DNA from: Octopus vulgaris
Taxonomy: Eukaryota
Direction of reading: 5' to 3'
NCBI GenBank assembly: GCA_951406725.2
Contig: OX597816.1
Coordinates: 121,272,001-121,336,000 of the forward strand
DNA length: 64,000 bases
In this document: in pieces, positions 39,396 to 53,321 of the stretch
Layout: each line of letters starts with the position of its first letter
Position numbering within the stretch: the first letter of the stretch is position 1
Notes under the pieces: generated by a model
Databases searched by the model: none
What the model saw: only the letters and a program-made list of their open reading frames with translations
Told to the model about the DNA's origin: nothing
Program-made: the position numbers and the translations under genes

Positions 39396-39836
39396 CGAAA
39401 TACAGCAGCTTAAAAGCGTTTAAACAAAGCGCATACATTACGTGACATCAAAAATGTTTACATTACTGGAGCGGCTTCTAAGTCAAAACTGAATTTTGTT
39501 TTACTTGTGCGGCTCTGTCGCACTTCAGCAGAGAGATTTTACGCTATTTTTATATATCGTAGACCAGCGATTTGAATTCGTTTCAAGGGTTACTCGAGTA
39601 TACAGTACTGATGAGCTGAAATAAACAGTCAAATATCGACATCTACCGTTTTCGTTCTCCTACGAGGCGATTTGCTTCACCTGGTTTTGAGGTATTCTGT
39701 GTTTTTTAACACCATGCGTCTTGAAGAGACATTTCGTTGGCGAAATACCGCAGCCTAAAAGCGTTTAAACGAAACACATACATTAAGTATGTGACAACAA
39801 TAACATTTATATTATTTGAGCTACTTCTAACACAAA
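39396..39836 (+). repeat. 345-bp-period direct repeat (~1.3 units) with degenerate hammerhead motif
   Basis: 39396-39487 matches 39741-39836 (CGAAATAC.GCAGC.TAAAAGCGTTTAAAC). CTGATGA core at 39608. Confidence 0.6.
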
Positions 39837-39911
39837 TATATATTCCTATACATACATACATGCTTGCATGCATGCATACATGCATGCATACAGGTAGACA
39901 GATAGATACAT

Positions 39912-40004
<93 letters not shown>

Positions 40005-40005
40005 C

Positions 40006-40070
<65 letters not shown>

Positions 40071-40089
40071 TTTGTACACACACACATAT

Positions 40090-40431
40090 AAAGGGTAAAG
40101 ACCCCACTTCGGTTATGAATGACCATAGGATTGCACCTAGAAAGTTCATCTCCGAGGCACAAGTCCGGGCAAGGTTGTTTATGGAAGACCAGCAATCGCC
40201 CATGCATACCAGCCTTCCCTCGCGATGCCACTGATGTTATCTAAAGGAAAGGCAAAGGCCGATACAACTTGACACCAGTGACGTCACAACTCATTTCCAC
40301 AGCTGAGTGAATTGGAGTAACCTGAAATAATGTGTCTTGCTCAAGAACACAACACACAGCCCGGTCCGGGAATCAAACTCACTACTTCATGGTTGTGAGC
40401 TTGGCGCTCTAACCAATGAGTCATACACCTT
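40090..40431 (-). mobile_element. tRNA-derived SINE family D
   Basis: Minus-strand head with TGGTTAGAGCG and TTTGATTCCC, then GTGTTCTTGAGCAAGACAC. Second copy at 63398-63739. Confidence 0.85.
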
Positions 40432-40558
40432 CACACACACACACACACATCAACAAAAACAATAATAATAAGGATTAGTACGAGGTGGTATAGCATTATC
40501 TATTGAATACATAACTGAGAGCAGCCAGTAAACGTTTAGAGTAATCCCTTACTATTTA

Positions 40559-40628
<70 letters not shown>

Positions 40629-41069
40629 CCTTAGATTGTTGATGTTCTGTCAGTCCTGATCTAAAAGATCTATCATCAAAAGCATTCCAGCCATGACATT
40701 CTATTTCATTTCTCAGGTATAATAAACCGTGGACTATATTCTCCAATGTACCCTATTTTTAAGATGATAGTGTATGCATGATTGTGTGTGCACGTGTGAA
40801 AAAGTGATTCAATTGAGGTTTGCTTACTATTTCTAGCAGTTTATGTAACCATTTAGAATGTTCTCCCGTAGTTTCTCTTGCTAGAAGAATTGAACGCTGT
40901 ACAGTAAACCAACGAAATCTCTATATAAAGCTGAAGTTGTCTGTGTATAGCAGGTTTGGTAGCCTTCAACTAACACTATCTCCTCCGAGACCCTGCGGCG
41001 CAAGTTGACCAATCTTGAGAGTATGATAGAAGAAGGCTTGCTCTTCCTTCCGTAGAAGGAAAAATTCAA

Positions 41070-41289
41070 ATCGGACCACGTTAACATCAAAAGTTATTTA
41101 CTTTTCTATGAAAATCCCTATTTTTTACGAATTTTCGACTGCTGTGTCGCCATTTTTCGGTGTATTTCAACCAGAAAAATGTTCACTTAAACCGAATGAC
41201 AAGCTACATAATGCAAAATTTTTACTTTTCAAAAATTCCAATTCTAAAGGGTCGAAACAAACCCGAGCAACGCCGGGCGATACTGCTAG
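41070..41289 (+). mobile_element. Helitron-like 3' end
   Basis: GC-rich hairpin CCCG-AGCAACGC-CGGG (41262-41277), then CTAG|T 8 nt later. The 5' boundary is uncertain. Confidence 0.65.
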
Positions 41290-41719
41290 TATTCGTTAAA
41301 TTTCTTAAGAAATTGCTGCTACTATTGCTGCTCCTGCTGATGATGATTGTTGTAACAAATCAAACAACTTACTAGACCTGCTTTGAATTTAGGTGATCAT
41401 AGCCAATGAGTATAAAGACCATTAGGTGCAGGCTTGAAACAGTGCAATACGAAGGAGATAACCGTCTGACTCTAGATTTGGTTTTCCGGAACTCTGTCAA
41501 ATCGGACATCCGGCAGGTGGTTCTTAACCAATGAGCACTACTGAAAAAGTGTATTGCCACCATACTTCATAATGTATGCTATAAATGTAGCGAGATTTGC
41601 TAAAGTAGAATAAATTTGAACAGTAGCAGAGCAGTTGTACTATTGGATTGGTGAACCACAAGTTTAGGTTTTTGAAACTTAAGGCTTAGCCACCAAACAC
41701 ACGCGCAAACACAGAAACG

Positions 41720-42080
41720 CAGAGAGAGAGGGGGGGGAGAGAAAGACAGAGAGACGGGGAGGGAGAGATAGAAAGAGAAGGGAGAGAAAAAGAGATAGAA
41801 AGAGAAAGAGAGAAAGGAGCAGACAGAGAAAGAGAGGGCGGGGAGAAGGAGAAAGAAAGAGATAGAGGGGAGAAGGAGGGAAAGTGAGAAAGAGAGACAG
41901 AGAGAGAAAGGGGAAAAGAGAGAACAATAGGGAGAGATAGAGGAAAAGAGGGGCAGAGAGATAGAGAGAGAGAAAGGAGGGTCGAGAAAGAGAGAGAGAA
42001 AGAGAGAGCGAGGGAGAGAGAGAGTATGAGAGAGAGAGAGAGTTGGACAGACAGAGGATGAAATAGACAGAGAAAAAGAA
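41720..42080. repeat. Polypurine (GA-rich) low-complexity tract
   Basis: Seen directly. Confidence 0.9.
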
Positions 42081-42789
42081 CCGGTAGTAGACAAACGAAA
42101 TGTGTAACGTTTCTGCGTCGACAAAGTAATCTACATTTTGACCGAGTATAAGCATCTCTGAAGGGTAAACAGCTGGATGTTGAAATAATGTGTTAATGTG
42201 CTTGTCGAAAGTGCTGGCTACTCTTAACAAAACGGATCTTTAATTGCCGGATCACTATTACCGATAAATGATACTGCAATTCGAGTTCGATATACTCCCT
42301 GCTTTCGTTTTAAGTTCAAATTTTACTGTTCTGTAATTTTCTATGGTTACTTCGATGTTAATCGATGCCACAGGTGTTGTATTATTTATTTTTTCTCGGA
42401 TCTTTTCAGATTGACTGCTATATTTCGAAAATTTCAAGTTTATTGAAAATTTTAAAATTTGGCTCATTAATGTAGTTTTCCAAGCTGAAGCTCAGGAGTT
42501 ATTTCATTTTCTCCAGAGGTTTAAAGTTTGATAATTTGATAATTTTTATTCAGTCAGAAAACAGGATTTGGAAGCTGTCATTTTGTGTATGACAGCACGT
42601 GCTGTCAACTGTAAACAAATCAAATTCTGCTTTACGCATGTCATATAACTTCTCATAGCTTTAAATGATTTTTTTGGAACTTTCAGAAAATGTGTGCGAA
42701 TTTGTATTCTACACACGGGAATTCATGCGATTATTCAAAAATAAAACAAAACATTTTTGGTGCGTGATTTAAGGCCCATTTGTTATTTT

Positions 42790-43075
42790 AAGCACATCTG
42801 ATGACCACCTCAGTAAGTGGAAAATATTTGTCGAAACGTGCTTTGTCGCAGACAAAAGAGTTCCCATGCTTGGTTTGTTACTATGGAAACATACATCAAT
42901 GTGTCTGTGGCTTACGATTGGCTAAAATTACCCAAACTTTTCTAACTTTAAAAGCTAATAACTCTTTATTTATTGATTTATTGCGAAAATGAATTTCAAA
43001 GCACTGATTAGCGTATAAAACTATATCATTACACCGAATATGAAATCAATTCGAGTAGGAATTGAAGAGATTAAA
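42790..43075 (+). repeat. Unclassified interspersed repeat, copy 2
   Basis: Colinear with 12562-12838. Confidence 0.8.
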
Positions 43076-43121
43076 AGTTGGCAGCCAAACAAAAAAAAAA
43101 AAATAATAAAATCCCTTTTCT

Positions 43122-43395
43122 CTTCTATTTCTTTCTGTCAGTTAACTGCAAGCATGCTGGAGTACCGCCTTGAAGGGTTTTAGTTGAACAAATCGACTCG
43201 AAGACGTTTTTAGTCTAGTACTTATTCTATCGGTCTCTTATGCTGAACCGCCAAGTTATGGAGACGTAAATACACCAGCATCGGTTGTCAAGCGGCGATG
43301 AAGAGGAGACAAACACAAACATACACACATAGATACACACACACACACACATACACTCACACACACACACACATACACACACACACATACACACA
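43122..43395 (-). mobile_element. SINE family A 3' half
   Basis: Colinear with 33002-33210. Confidence 0.75.
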
Positions 43396-45202
43396 CATAG
43401 TTCACAGAGGAGATCCAGCTCTCTCAAGCTGAAACCAGTAAAGAAAAGAAATTGAGGGCTATTTTGATGTTGTTATTAGCAGGTCATGTGGTCATGTAGA
43501 AATTCCTCTGTTGACTCCTAATTAAATTAATGAATCTGTGTTGGCAACTGGTAGGTAAAACGAGACTATGCAAAAACAAACAAGGAAAATCAGATAAAAG
43601 AAGAATATAGTTAGAACTGTAATGGTATAAACTGTGCAAAGAGTTAAACGAACATAAAATATACTTATAGAGGAATTGCCCGCACTACGGAAACTCAGGT
43701 TATGGAATTTCGGCGCTTACAGAAATTATAAAGACTGACCACTAATTTCGAGATTAGGCCGGTAATTTCTCTCTTACGGAAACTTGGGTAGATTTTAACC
43801 ATTTTCTTTTTTTACATTATACGGGCATAAACTTAAACTTTGGCTTGGGCCTTCTTATCTATCGCTGCCGCTGAATAAACTTCTTATCTGTTGCCTCCAA
43901 TCTGTTTTTCTTATCTTTCGAGGCTGCTGTGTCATTTGACTTTTACAAGCGTACAGAGCGTAACGGTAAAGTAACACTACACTTATTCAAGAAAGCTGGA
44001 AAGAGACGAAAGTGTAGCGAAATAGTTTGTAAAGGGATAACGTTGGACGTTAAACTCGATGCTTTACTGTGATTAGTTTGCTGCTGTAGAAAATATTTAA
44101 AAAAAAGTACAGAGTCATATTGTATAAACATTTAAGATTGCATCGTTTACAGTGGGAACAACATGTGGTAATAAAGATAAGATTAGATCAAATGCTCAAG
44201 TAGCTCCTTCCTTTACTGTCTGAAAATGGTTCCTTCTCCAAGGATCTGGTGGGATAATTTATGTAGTACTAATCCTGAATGTGAGGGGATCGACTATAAA
44301 ACAGGACGTAATATTTCCATAAAAGTGAGGGCCATTCCAGTGAAAACTACAACTTTACATTAAGTTTATCCCCTCGTGTATTTCTCGTCAAATCTTTTAT
44401 GTGTACCCTACTGGATGCGTTTGAAGATGTTTGTTATCCGGCATATAAATGATTGTATTACTATTTTATTTCTGAAAAGAGTTCGTTGGAACGTATCTAA
44501 ATTGATAACATGAAGTCAATGCTTAAATCGGTTTGTGTCACAGAATTACACGTTACAGCAATGCTTTCAAGGATATAGATATATTAGGCAATGAACACGA
44601 GAGGGACAAGTTTGAACAAATCTTGTATTAGTGCGCGCGCATAATTATATATGCCAGAATATACAAAGAGGAGTCCTTCTCTCTTGGAGAACTTATAAAA
44701 TTCATATTCCTCCGACTAGTCAGCGAGAAATTGATAAACAGCTTGGACGGACAAGGACACTTAGGAAAACAACATGTATATTTGTGGGCTGTGTACTGAA
44801 TATGTAGAGTCTGAAAGAGATAGACTGTTTGTTGGTGCAAACAGTTGTGCGTCAATCATCTGGTGTGTCTAGGCTAATTCTTGTTTTCCCGACAAAGGGG
44901 TAACATTTCAAGACTGAAGATTATGTGTTACTCCGTTGAAGGAAAATAATTTCCATTGCATTTTTTAGGGTTGTCTTTTTACCCTTTTCTGTGCACAGAT
45001 ATATTGTGCTTGGGCAAGAAATCGCAAGGTTGAAGATTATGTGTTGCTTTAATGCCGAGTTCATTAATGTGTGAATCAGGCTGGATTGGACGATGCGTAT
45101 ACCAAACGTAGGTGGCTGCTCGTCACGTCGTTGTACGTGTGACAACTTATTAGTTTTTATACTTTTATTTATATTTCATTTAATTATATCTGTGTATATG
45201 TG

Positions 45203-45480
45203 AAGGCGTGTGGCCTAGTGGTTAGGGTGCTGCATTCGCGATTGCTAGATCGTAGGTTCGATTCCCGAACCGGGCGGCGCAAAATGATTAATTTCACGTT
45301 GCTTCCAGTCCACTCAACTATAAATAGGTAACCCTGCCACCAAATGGCCCCACTGCACCCCGAACAGGGGAATGTTGGCCTGCACGCCTAGCTAGCAGGT
45401 TGACATCATTCGAAGGCTAAAGCAATGCGAAGCGCATTGTGAACAGTGATACCTAACGACATTCGATAATTTGGTCAGTA
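45203..45480 (+). mobile_element. tRNA-derived SINE sharing its tail with 11511-11800
   Basis: TGGCCTAGTGG A box, GGTTCGATTCC B box, and tail GAAGGCTAAA.CAATGCGAAG.GCATTGTGA. Confidence 0.75.
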
Positions 45481-46302
45481 CTATCATATCTGTATATAAG
45501 TATATACGCATGGTGAATGTGACAAGGCTGGCCTTGAGCTTGCACCAGTAGGTTAGACAGGATGGATGCAAGAGGGGCGCCGTCCACTGGTGCCCTTTGG
45601 GACCCTGGGGTTATCCAAGACTGGTAGGACCCTTTGGCTGTGCCTGAGTGTACTTACTACTATTAGGGAATTTTGTTTATGTCAATTTTCTTGTTGTTTA
45701 TTGTTGTATTATTTACATATATTTATGTAAATCCTCCCAGCCTTTTGTTTTGTCTTGCCCTAAATGCTTTTTTTTTTTTGCTTGTACGGACAATAAAGAA
45801 ATTATCACTATTATTATTAAAATCGCTATAATTTTTTGCTTTATCTATTAATTATTCAAGTTTGATTTACTAAGTCGATAAGAATAAATCTGAGATAATA
45901 GTTGTAGTCCTGCCAGACTCTACCAGTTCTTCTCTCTTTTCTTTTCTTTTAGCTCTTCTTTTATACCTTTTTGTTCTTTTGATAAAAATCTGGCCATAAC
46001 TGCTATCGCAGGATGGTAGACACATAAAGAATGGTACATTTTGGAAAGAACACAACCATGGCTTTCGTTAATGTAGCCAAGGAAACCTTAGTTTACCAAA
46101 TAAAATAAAAATGAAAATATAAATGAAAATAAAAATATAAAAAGGAAAACAGAGCAATACAACGATAATAAAGGAATAAATAATATATACATATATACAT
46201 ATACATACATACATGCATACATACATATGTATATATATATACATATATATATATATATGCATATATATATGCATATATATGTATATATATATATGTATAT
46301 GC

Positions 46303-46348
<46 letters not shown>

Positions 46349-46436
46349 ATATATATGTATATATAGATATAGATATAGATATATACATATATATATATGT
46401 ATGTATAAATATAAATGTATATATATATATATACAC

Positions 46437-46521
<85 letters not shown>

Positions 46522-47139
46522 TATATGCCTGTACGTGGGGGGGGGAGTGTGCGTGCGTGCAAAGAGAATAAAGAGATGGATTACTATTTCTATATATTTA
46601 TTTTATGTTTTCATTACTGTTAAATTGGGCAAACGTCACTTCTGATTGTTTTTACTGGTATTTATTATAATCGTATCTGGCATAAAAATTCACTAATGAT
46701 CTTTATTGTATGTAATATAACTAACTAGCTTGTTGAAACTGTGTATTTTTAGCTTGTCTGTGAATGAAGTATTAACACTGTTAAAGTTTGATAGAAGCAC
46801 CATCTGTCGCTATGAACCAATTTCGTTAATAAGTTTTCATTTATCTCTAATTTTTTTTTTTAGTCATATACAGTTCAATCACTCTAACGAGAGAACGTCT
46901 ATTTAGTTGCACAATATGCTAGAAATAGTAGCCAGATCTCTTTAAAACCATATCCGGCTGTATTAAGAAAATGAACGACACATTAAATACTGTGGCTTTA
47001 TGAATGGTACTATGTCAAAATTCTAGGCTAGAGAGTCTTTTTGTTTGTGGGTTTTCTTGATTAGATCTGTTCTTTCAGCTAAGGAATAGCGCACAAAATA
47101 AATTAATTAGCTTGGCTGGTCATTAAGTAATATCAATTT

Positions 47140-47345
47140 CAAATTTTGGCACAAGGTTAGCAATTTCGTGGGAAAGATAGGTCGATTAGACTGTTCATAG
47201 TGTTTAACTGGTACTTTTTTTATCGACCTCTAAAAGCATGAAAGGAGAAGTCGTCCTCGGCGGAATCCGAACGCAGAACGTAAAGACGTGCAAAATGCTG
47301 CTAAGCATTTTGTCCGGCGTTCTAACGATTCTGCCATTTCGCCGC
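47140..47345 (-). mobile_element. SINE family B, diverged
   Basis: Reverse-complement match to the family B head and core. Confidence 0.7.
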
Positions 47346-47740
47346 TTTAGAGGATTAAGTCATTACAAGAATTATATTTTTCAGTTCTATACTAGCACTC
47401 AAGGACACAGCGCACTGCTAGGAATCGAACTCACGAACGTGAGAGGAACACCCTAACTAGTCAGCCACGCGCTTTCACTCAAACACACTCGGACACACGT
47501 AGACATATATACATGTAGTAACTCACAAACCACCATCACCACATGGCATTTTGATTACCTTTAGCGGATACCACTTTGTTTCAAGCATTCGGTCTGGTTG
47601 AGGTCTTCTTTTTCAGGTTGCCTTTCTCCGACCTCCAGTCTCAAAGGCTTTTTAATGAGTGCTTAAGGTTGCTTTCAATCAGTAGGGAAGGTACTACCTT
47701 CTCTTTTGAATAAAAAAGAAAAAGAATTTACAAATTCTAA

Positions 47741-47771
<31 letters not shown>

Positions 47772-48575
47772 AAACGTCACACACACACACACAGAACGTC
47801 AACTTTCCTTACTTATGTTTGTCTGCAGCCATTAGCTTGTAGCCGTTCATGAAAGAGGTTAGCCAAATTGATATCAACGATCTTGTAAGACCTATGAGGG
47901 CTCTAGGGCTTAGTCTCTCCACTCCATATCAAAGGATTTACACTAACACACGGTTATATGCACATATACATTTACACCAAAAGACGCATGTCTTAAGACG
48001 AACCTTTTTTAATCAGGGTAATGGAACAGACGTTCAATTATTCCGTAGTCCCTTTTTGTTTTTAGAGTAATCCTGGGGAAAAACATTTTTCTAAGCGGTG
48101 CTCAGGGAAACGTAATCTTTCATTGTAAAAATTCACAATAGCTAAACAACGACCATAACAATTACAAAAACGACGTCAACCACGGCCTCTACAGCTATAA
48201 CAACAAGAACAGTAGCAGCGGTAGCAGTAGCAGCGGTAGCAGTAGCAGCGGTAGCAGCAGCAGCAGCAGCAGTAACAACAACAACAACAATCATCGTAAT
48301 GTTTTCTACTTTAGGCACAAATTCAGTAGTTTTAAGGAGAGGAAGTTAGTCACTTAGACCGACTTGACTTATACTTGATTTTATTGACCCCGTAGGGATG
48401 GAAGGCAAAGTTTACTCCTGCAGGATTTGAATTAGAAACGTAAAGAGGTGGGTTAACTGCAGCAAACCATGAAGTATGATCTGTAAAAAAAAAAAATATC
48501 ACCTTAATCTGCTAGCTGTGGGAAGCTGACACTTTCCATCGAACTTAGCAAAATGAAGCTGAAAGTTTTCATGAA

Positions 48576-48633
<58 letters not shown>

Positions 48634-48645
48634 TAATAATAATAA

Positions 48646-49168
48646 TGGCTTCTGATCTTAACTGATTGGAAGTGTCATCATGTACATTGTTTTGTCTTGG
48701 TATAAAAGATGGTCTACACCAAATATTCTGCTCAATACCACGGATTTGCTTGTCAGTTGTTTGACCTTAATCAGTTGAGCATGTCCCTTAGTGGTTGACG
48801 ATATGTGCATCTCTGATCACGAGGAGAAGTAGTGGGGGAGCATCATAGCCGTGTGTTGAGAGGGATTCTTTGGGGTTTGAATAATTCACCTCTGGAAACA
48901 TGGGTGTTTCGTTCAACATCCTTAAACAACCCTTATTCAGGGTCCTTTTGAGCGAGATGGGTTACTCGACCAGAAGAAAATTCTAACCGGGCCCCACCTG
49001 CAAGGTCACGTGCTGTTTATCTTGATATGAGATCACCATGTCGCGCACATATAGTTGTGATGCATGTGCCTAGTGTACCTTTATCAGATGGGTAGTCACG
49101 ATGGGTATACTGGGCTTCGTATATTTTACCCCAGTGTCACTTTGAAGGCATGCGCTGCTCTCTCACTC

Positions 49169-49169
<1 letters not shown>
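48646..49169. mobile_element. ~520-bp element inserted within a (TAA)n microsatellite
   Basis: Complex sequence bounded exactly by (AAT)n on both sides (48577-48645 and 49169-49227). No ORF of note. Confidence 0.55.
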
Positions 49170-49228
<59 letters not shown>

Positions 49229-49654
49229 TATTTTAATTTTTTGGCTGCGGTCAATAATTTTAATGGGGTGGGGTTAATATTTCCATCACTTTCTTCCAAA
49301 ATCCACACTCACCTCAAATTTACAATTTATATTCAGCTTATTTCGCTTCCATTAGCTTCTTCCCCAAAATAAACTTTCTTAGTTCTGAAATTTGCGACTT
49401 TCCGTAAGTGAAAGGAAATTCTAAAGCCCAACTGGTATGCCATTTATTATTCGAAGATAACGTGCATTAAAAGTAATACTTAACCCAGAGAAGTGTTTCT
49501 TTAAATTCAGTGCGTCTTCTACTCTTTTGTATGATGGAGACATGTTTAAAAGATTTTTTTTTACTACACATCTTTCCTCGCTTCCAAAAATCTGTGGAAT
49601 ATGTGCATGCTGTTATCCAATGTTCTGCACATAGAATTATATATTCCTGTCAAC

Positions 49655-49855
49655 TATAAACACAAGGCCTGAAATTTGGAGAAGAGGCTATCGATTAGTT
49701 CTACCTCAATACGCAATTGGAACTTAATTTATCGATCCAGAAAGGATGAAAGGCAAAGTCGACCTTGGCAGAATTTGAACTCAGAGCGTAAAGACAAACA
49801 AAATGCCGCTAAGTATTTTGCCCGAAGTATTAACGATTCTGCTAGCTCCACGCCT
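49655..49855 (-). mobile_element. SINE family B
   Basis: GAAAGGATGAAAGGCAAAGTCGACC...GAATTTGAACTCAGA. Confidence 0.75.
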
Positions 49856-50015
49856 TATGTAAAATTATATATTGAAATAATTTATGCACATATATATTTG
49901 TGCGTGCGTGCGTGTGTGTATATATATATATGTGTGTGTGTGAGTGTGTGTGCGTATATATGTGTGTATAATATATATATATATAAATATCTATGTGTGT
50001 GTGTATGTTGTATAA

Positions 50016-50091
<76 letters not shown>

Positions 50092-50780
50092 GGTACTCCC
50101 TAGTTTGGTGGATACACTCTTAAATTTCTTTGGCTGCTGAGGTGGTCTTAATATAAGTCTTAATATCTTTGCAACAGCGTCCTGTATCTTAGACTTCAAG
50201 ACGAGACCAGTGAGTTTCAGCCGAGTCATCAATCCGAGACCCAGAGAAATAAGGAGGCGCTTGTAAATAATCAAGTAAAACCAGTTCCAAAGAAACAAAC
50301 AAAGCAAATAAATAAATAAATAAATAAATGAATAAAACTTGCAGTCCCCTTCGGATTTGAGAGGATTCCCGCCTTATGGAGTTTGCAAGCAGTTTTGTTT
50401 CCCTTATAAAATATCTCTCGAAGGTACTGCGCATGACTTAACTCAAGTAGAATTCCTGAACAACATCAATTTTCCACTAATATTCTTCACTTAACACATA
50501 CGCAAGTAATGAGTAACGTACATCCCAGCTGCACCGAGACCCGTTGATTGTACAGAAGCTGATGTACAACATTATAGCTCACAACATGGGAATGGAGTTG
50601 GAAAATCAACTGAAAGAAGTTGTTAATCGAATGTTTCCTTTTTTAAAATGATTTATTCACTCTCTCCTACCTGAAACCAGATACAAACCAGTCTCAATCT
50701 ATTTGAAAGCGGAACTAAATTAACCCCAGATCACGTTCTACGATCTTTAAAAAAAATGAATGATGCATTGAATATATATA

Positions 50781-51161
50781 GGAGCACTCCGTCGGTTACG
50801 ACGATGAGGGTCCCAGCTGATACGATCAACGGAACAGCTTGCTCGTGGAATTAACGTGTAAGTGGCTGAGCACTCCACAGACACGTGTACCCTTAACGTA
50901 GTTCTCGGGGATATTCAGCGTGACACAGAGAGTAACAAGGCTGGCCCCTTGAAATACAGGTACAACAGAAACAGGAAGTAAGAGTGAGAGAAAGTTGTGG
51001 TGAAAGAGTACAGCAGGGATCACCACCATCCCCTGCCGGAGCCTCGTGGAGCTTTTAGGTGTTTTCGCTCAATAAACACTCACAACGCCCGGTCTGGGAA
51101 TCGAAACCGCGATCCTATGACCACGAGTCCGCTGCCCTAACCACTGGGCCATTGCGCCTCC
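50781..51161 (-). mobile_element. SINE family C, full length, third tail type
   Basis: Same head as 11511 but an unrelated 3' half. Diverged relatives of this tail lie at ~9580-9735 and ~35900-36050. Confidence 0.85.
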
Positions 51162-52883
51162 ACGATGCATTGAATAACATAATCTTAGATAAAGTGCGCC
51201 CGAAAAGAGAAAAAAGTGAAATAGTCACAAATGGGGAATCTTTAATCAAAGATTGGTTGGATCAGAAGAAACAAGAGATTAAATAACAACAAACAACCAG
51301 AGTGAAACCCCTATCTTTTAATAAAGCATCTTATGAGATGACTGATATTATGAACAGCTCATGGTAGTATAACACAAAAGTAAGATTTAAACAATGTCGC
51401 ATTTATTTCATTTTCCAAACAATGTTGAAGATAGTTTCCATGACGATCATTTGTATTAAAAAATTTTATTAACACCTGTTTTTGAACAGCTTACATGAGC
51501 GTGATTTAATGGATAAACACAAAACCGCATTTAACCAACAAGGACATGTAGACCAAAAATAGACCATATCAAAATATACATTAAAATATTAATTGATATA
51601 GCAATAATTATAAAGCTTTTGTACAACAAGTTTGTTAATTAAGCTTTGACCTGCAGTTACAATATAATTTGGTTGTCATCAATTAATGTTCAGGACTAAT
51701 TATTTTTGATATTTATTCCTTATCCAATTCTTTTTATATATTCAAACGGCATGTACCCATACATAAATGCAGACATACATACACTATGTCATGTATTAAT
51801 ACATGCATAGTCACAAACACATATGCCTGCCTGCCTGCCTACCTGCCTGCATCCATACATACATACATGCATACATACATACATACATACATACATCCTT
51901 CCATACATACATACATACATTCATACATACATACATACATACATACATACAATCGCACACAAACATAAATGGCCATGTAGAATATGCTTTACTAAGGATA
52001 TCTAATAAAACCAAAATATGTTCATTGATTTCACGAATTACCTTTAAAGATAAGATCCAATCCGATTTTCAACGTCGTTATTTCCAAAATTACAGATTAG
52101 TTGATTTTATTAGGGTTACCTCCCTTACTAGTTGTTTGTTTTTTTTTAACTCTCTCCCATTCGATGGTGAAATGAAAATCTTTTTTTTTCTTGCTAATTA
52201 ACTGCATGGCTAATCTCAATTAACCGACGTTTTTCAACACACTATATTTTAAACAGTATGGGTAGAAAATATATATGCACTCAAGAACTAGTACATTTAT
52301 TACATAGTTCTGGAGAAAACTACTTGGTACAAGAGAAGATAGGTTGGGGGAACCAAGTACCCTATTCAAATTTTAAACCACTCACTGACGAAACCACAAA
52401 AAAACCCATATAACAGGAAAAAAAAAAGTATAGGTTTAAGCTTTAACACCAAAACAGTAATTTAATATAAGTTGCATACTTCTGAATTAATAAAATTAAA
52501 AATGATTCATGATCTTTCTTAGAACAGCTGTGTTTCTGCAAGTTCCCATGTACTTGCAGTTCGACCTTGGTATTAAAAAAAAAAAGATCTCACAGTGCCG
52601 CTTTTCAATGTATGTGTGTGTATGTGTGTGCATGTATAAATTGGTAAGTGCCTCTCATATTCAAATATCTGTGAGCAGTTGAGAGGGTAATTACCAATAA
52701 AATTTCAAAGTGGAATCATATTCATCTATATTCCCGATGTTCAGTCGTGGTTTGAAGGAGACTCGGTTATTATTTCTAAGAGGTCACGTAATCCATGTTG
52801 GTTCTCTCTCGGTAGCTTATACTTTTGAAGTAAGCCATTCATAGTGCTATCCATTTTAGAATAGCAATTTGAAGCGAGAAAAC

Positions 52884-52923
<40 letters not shown>

Positions 52924-53228
52924 ATGAACAAGGTACTTGCCATATAAGTACCAGAAAATGAAGAAAAACTCTTATAGTGGAAGGAAGATATCAACTTAGA
53001 TGATTGGTTCTCAATATTTTTATTGACATTTACTGACGCACTTCGCAAGGAAAATTTCTTAAAAAAAAACAAAGGTTTTAAAGTTTAAATGAAAATAAAA
53101 AATTAGAAAAATATAGAAAACTTTTACATACTTTATTTTATTATTCCTACCTGCTCTTTTACTCGTTTCACTGTGGTTATAATAGAACACCGCCCTAAAG
53201 AGTTTCATCGACAAATTTATCCCAGTAC

Positions 53229-53259
<31 letters not shown>

Positions 53260-53321
53260 TGTATGTATGTATGTATGTATGTATGTATGTGTGCATGCAT
53301 GTGTGTATATGTATGTATGTC

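Noticed and set aside
42791-42842. Hammerhead-like CTGATGA-CCAC..GTGG
   Set aside because: GAAA is out of register with the stem, and the homologous copy at 12562 lacks the core.
49882-50434. Minus-strand ORFs of 141 and 81 aa
   Set aside because: Partly microsatellite, and the remainder has no recognisable motif. Possibly a LINE remnant but unsupported.
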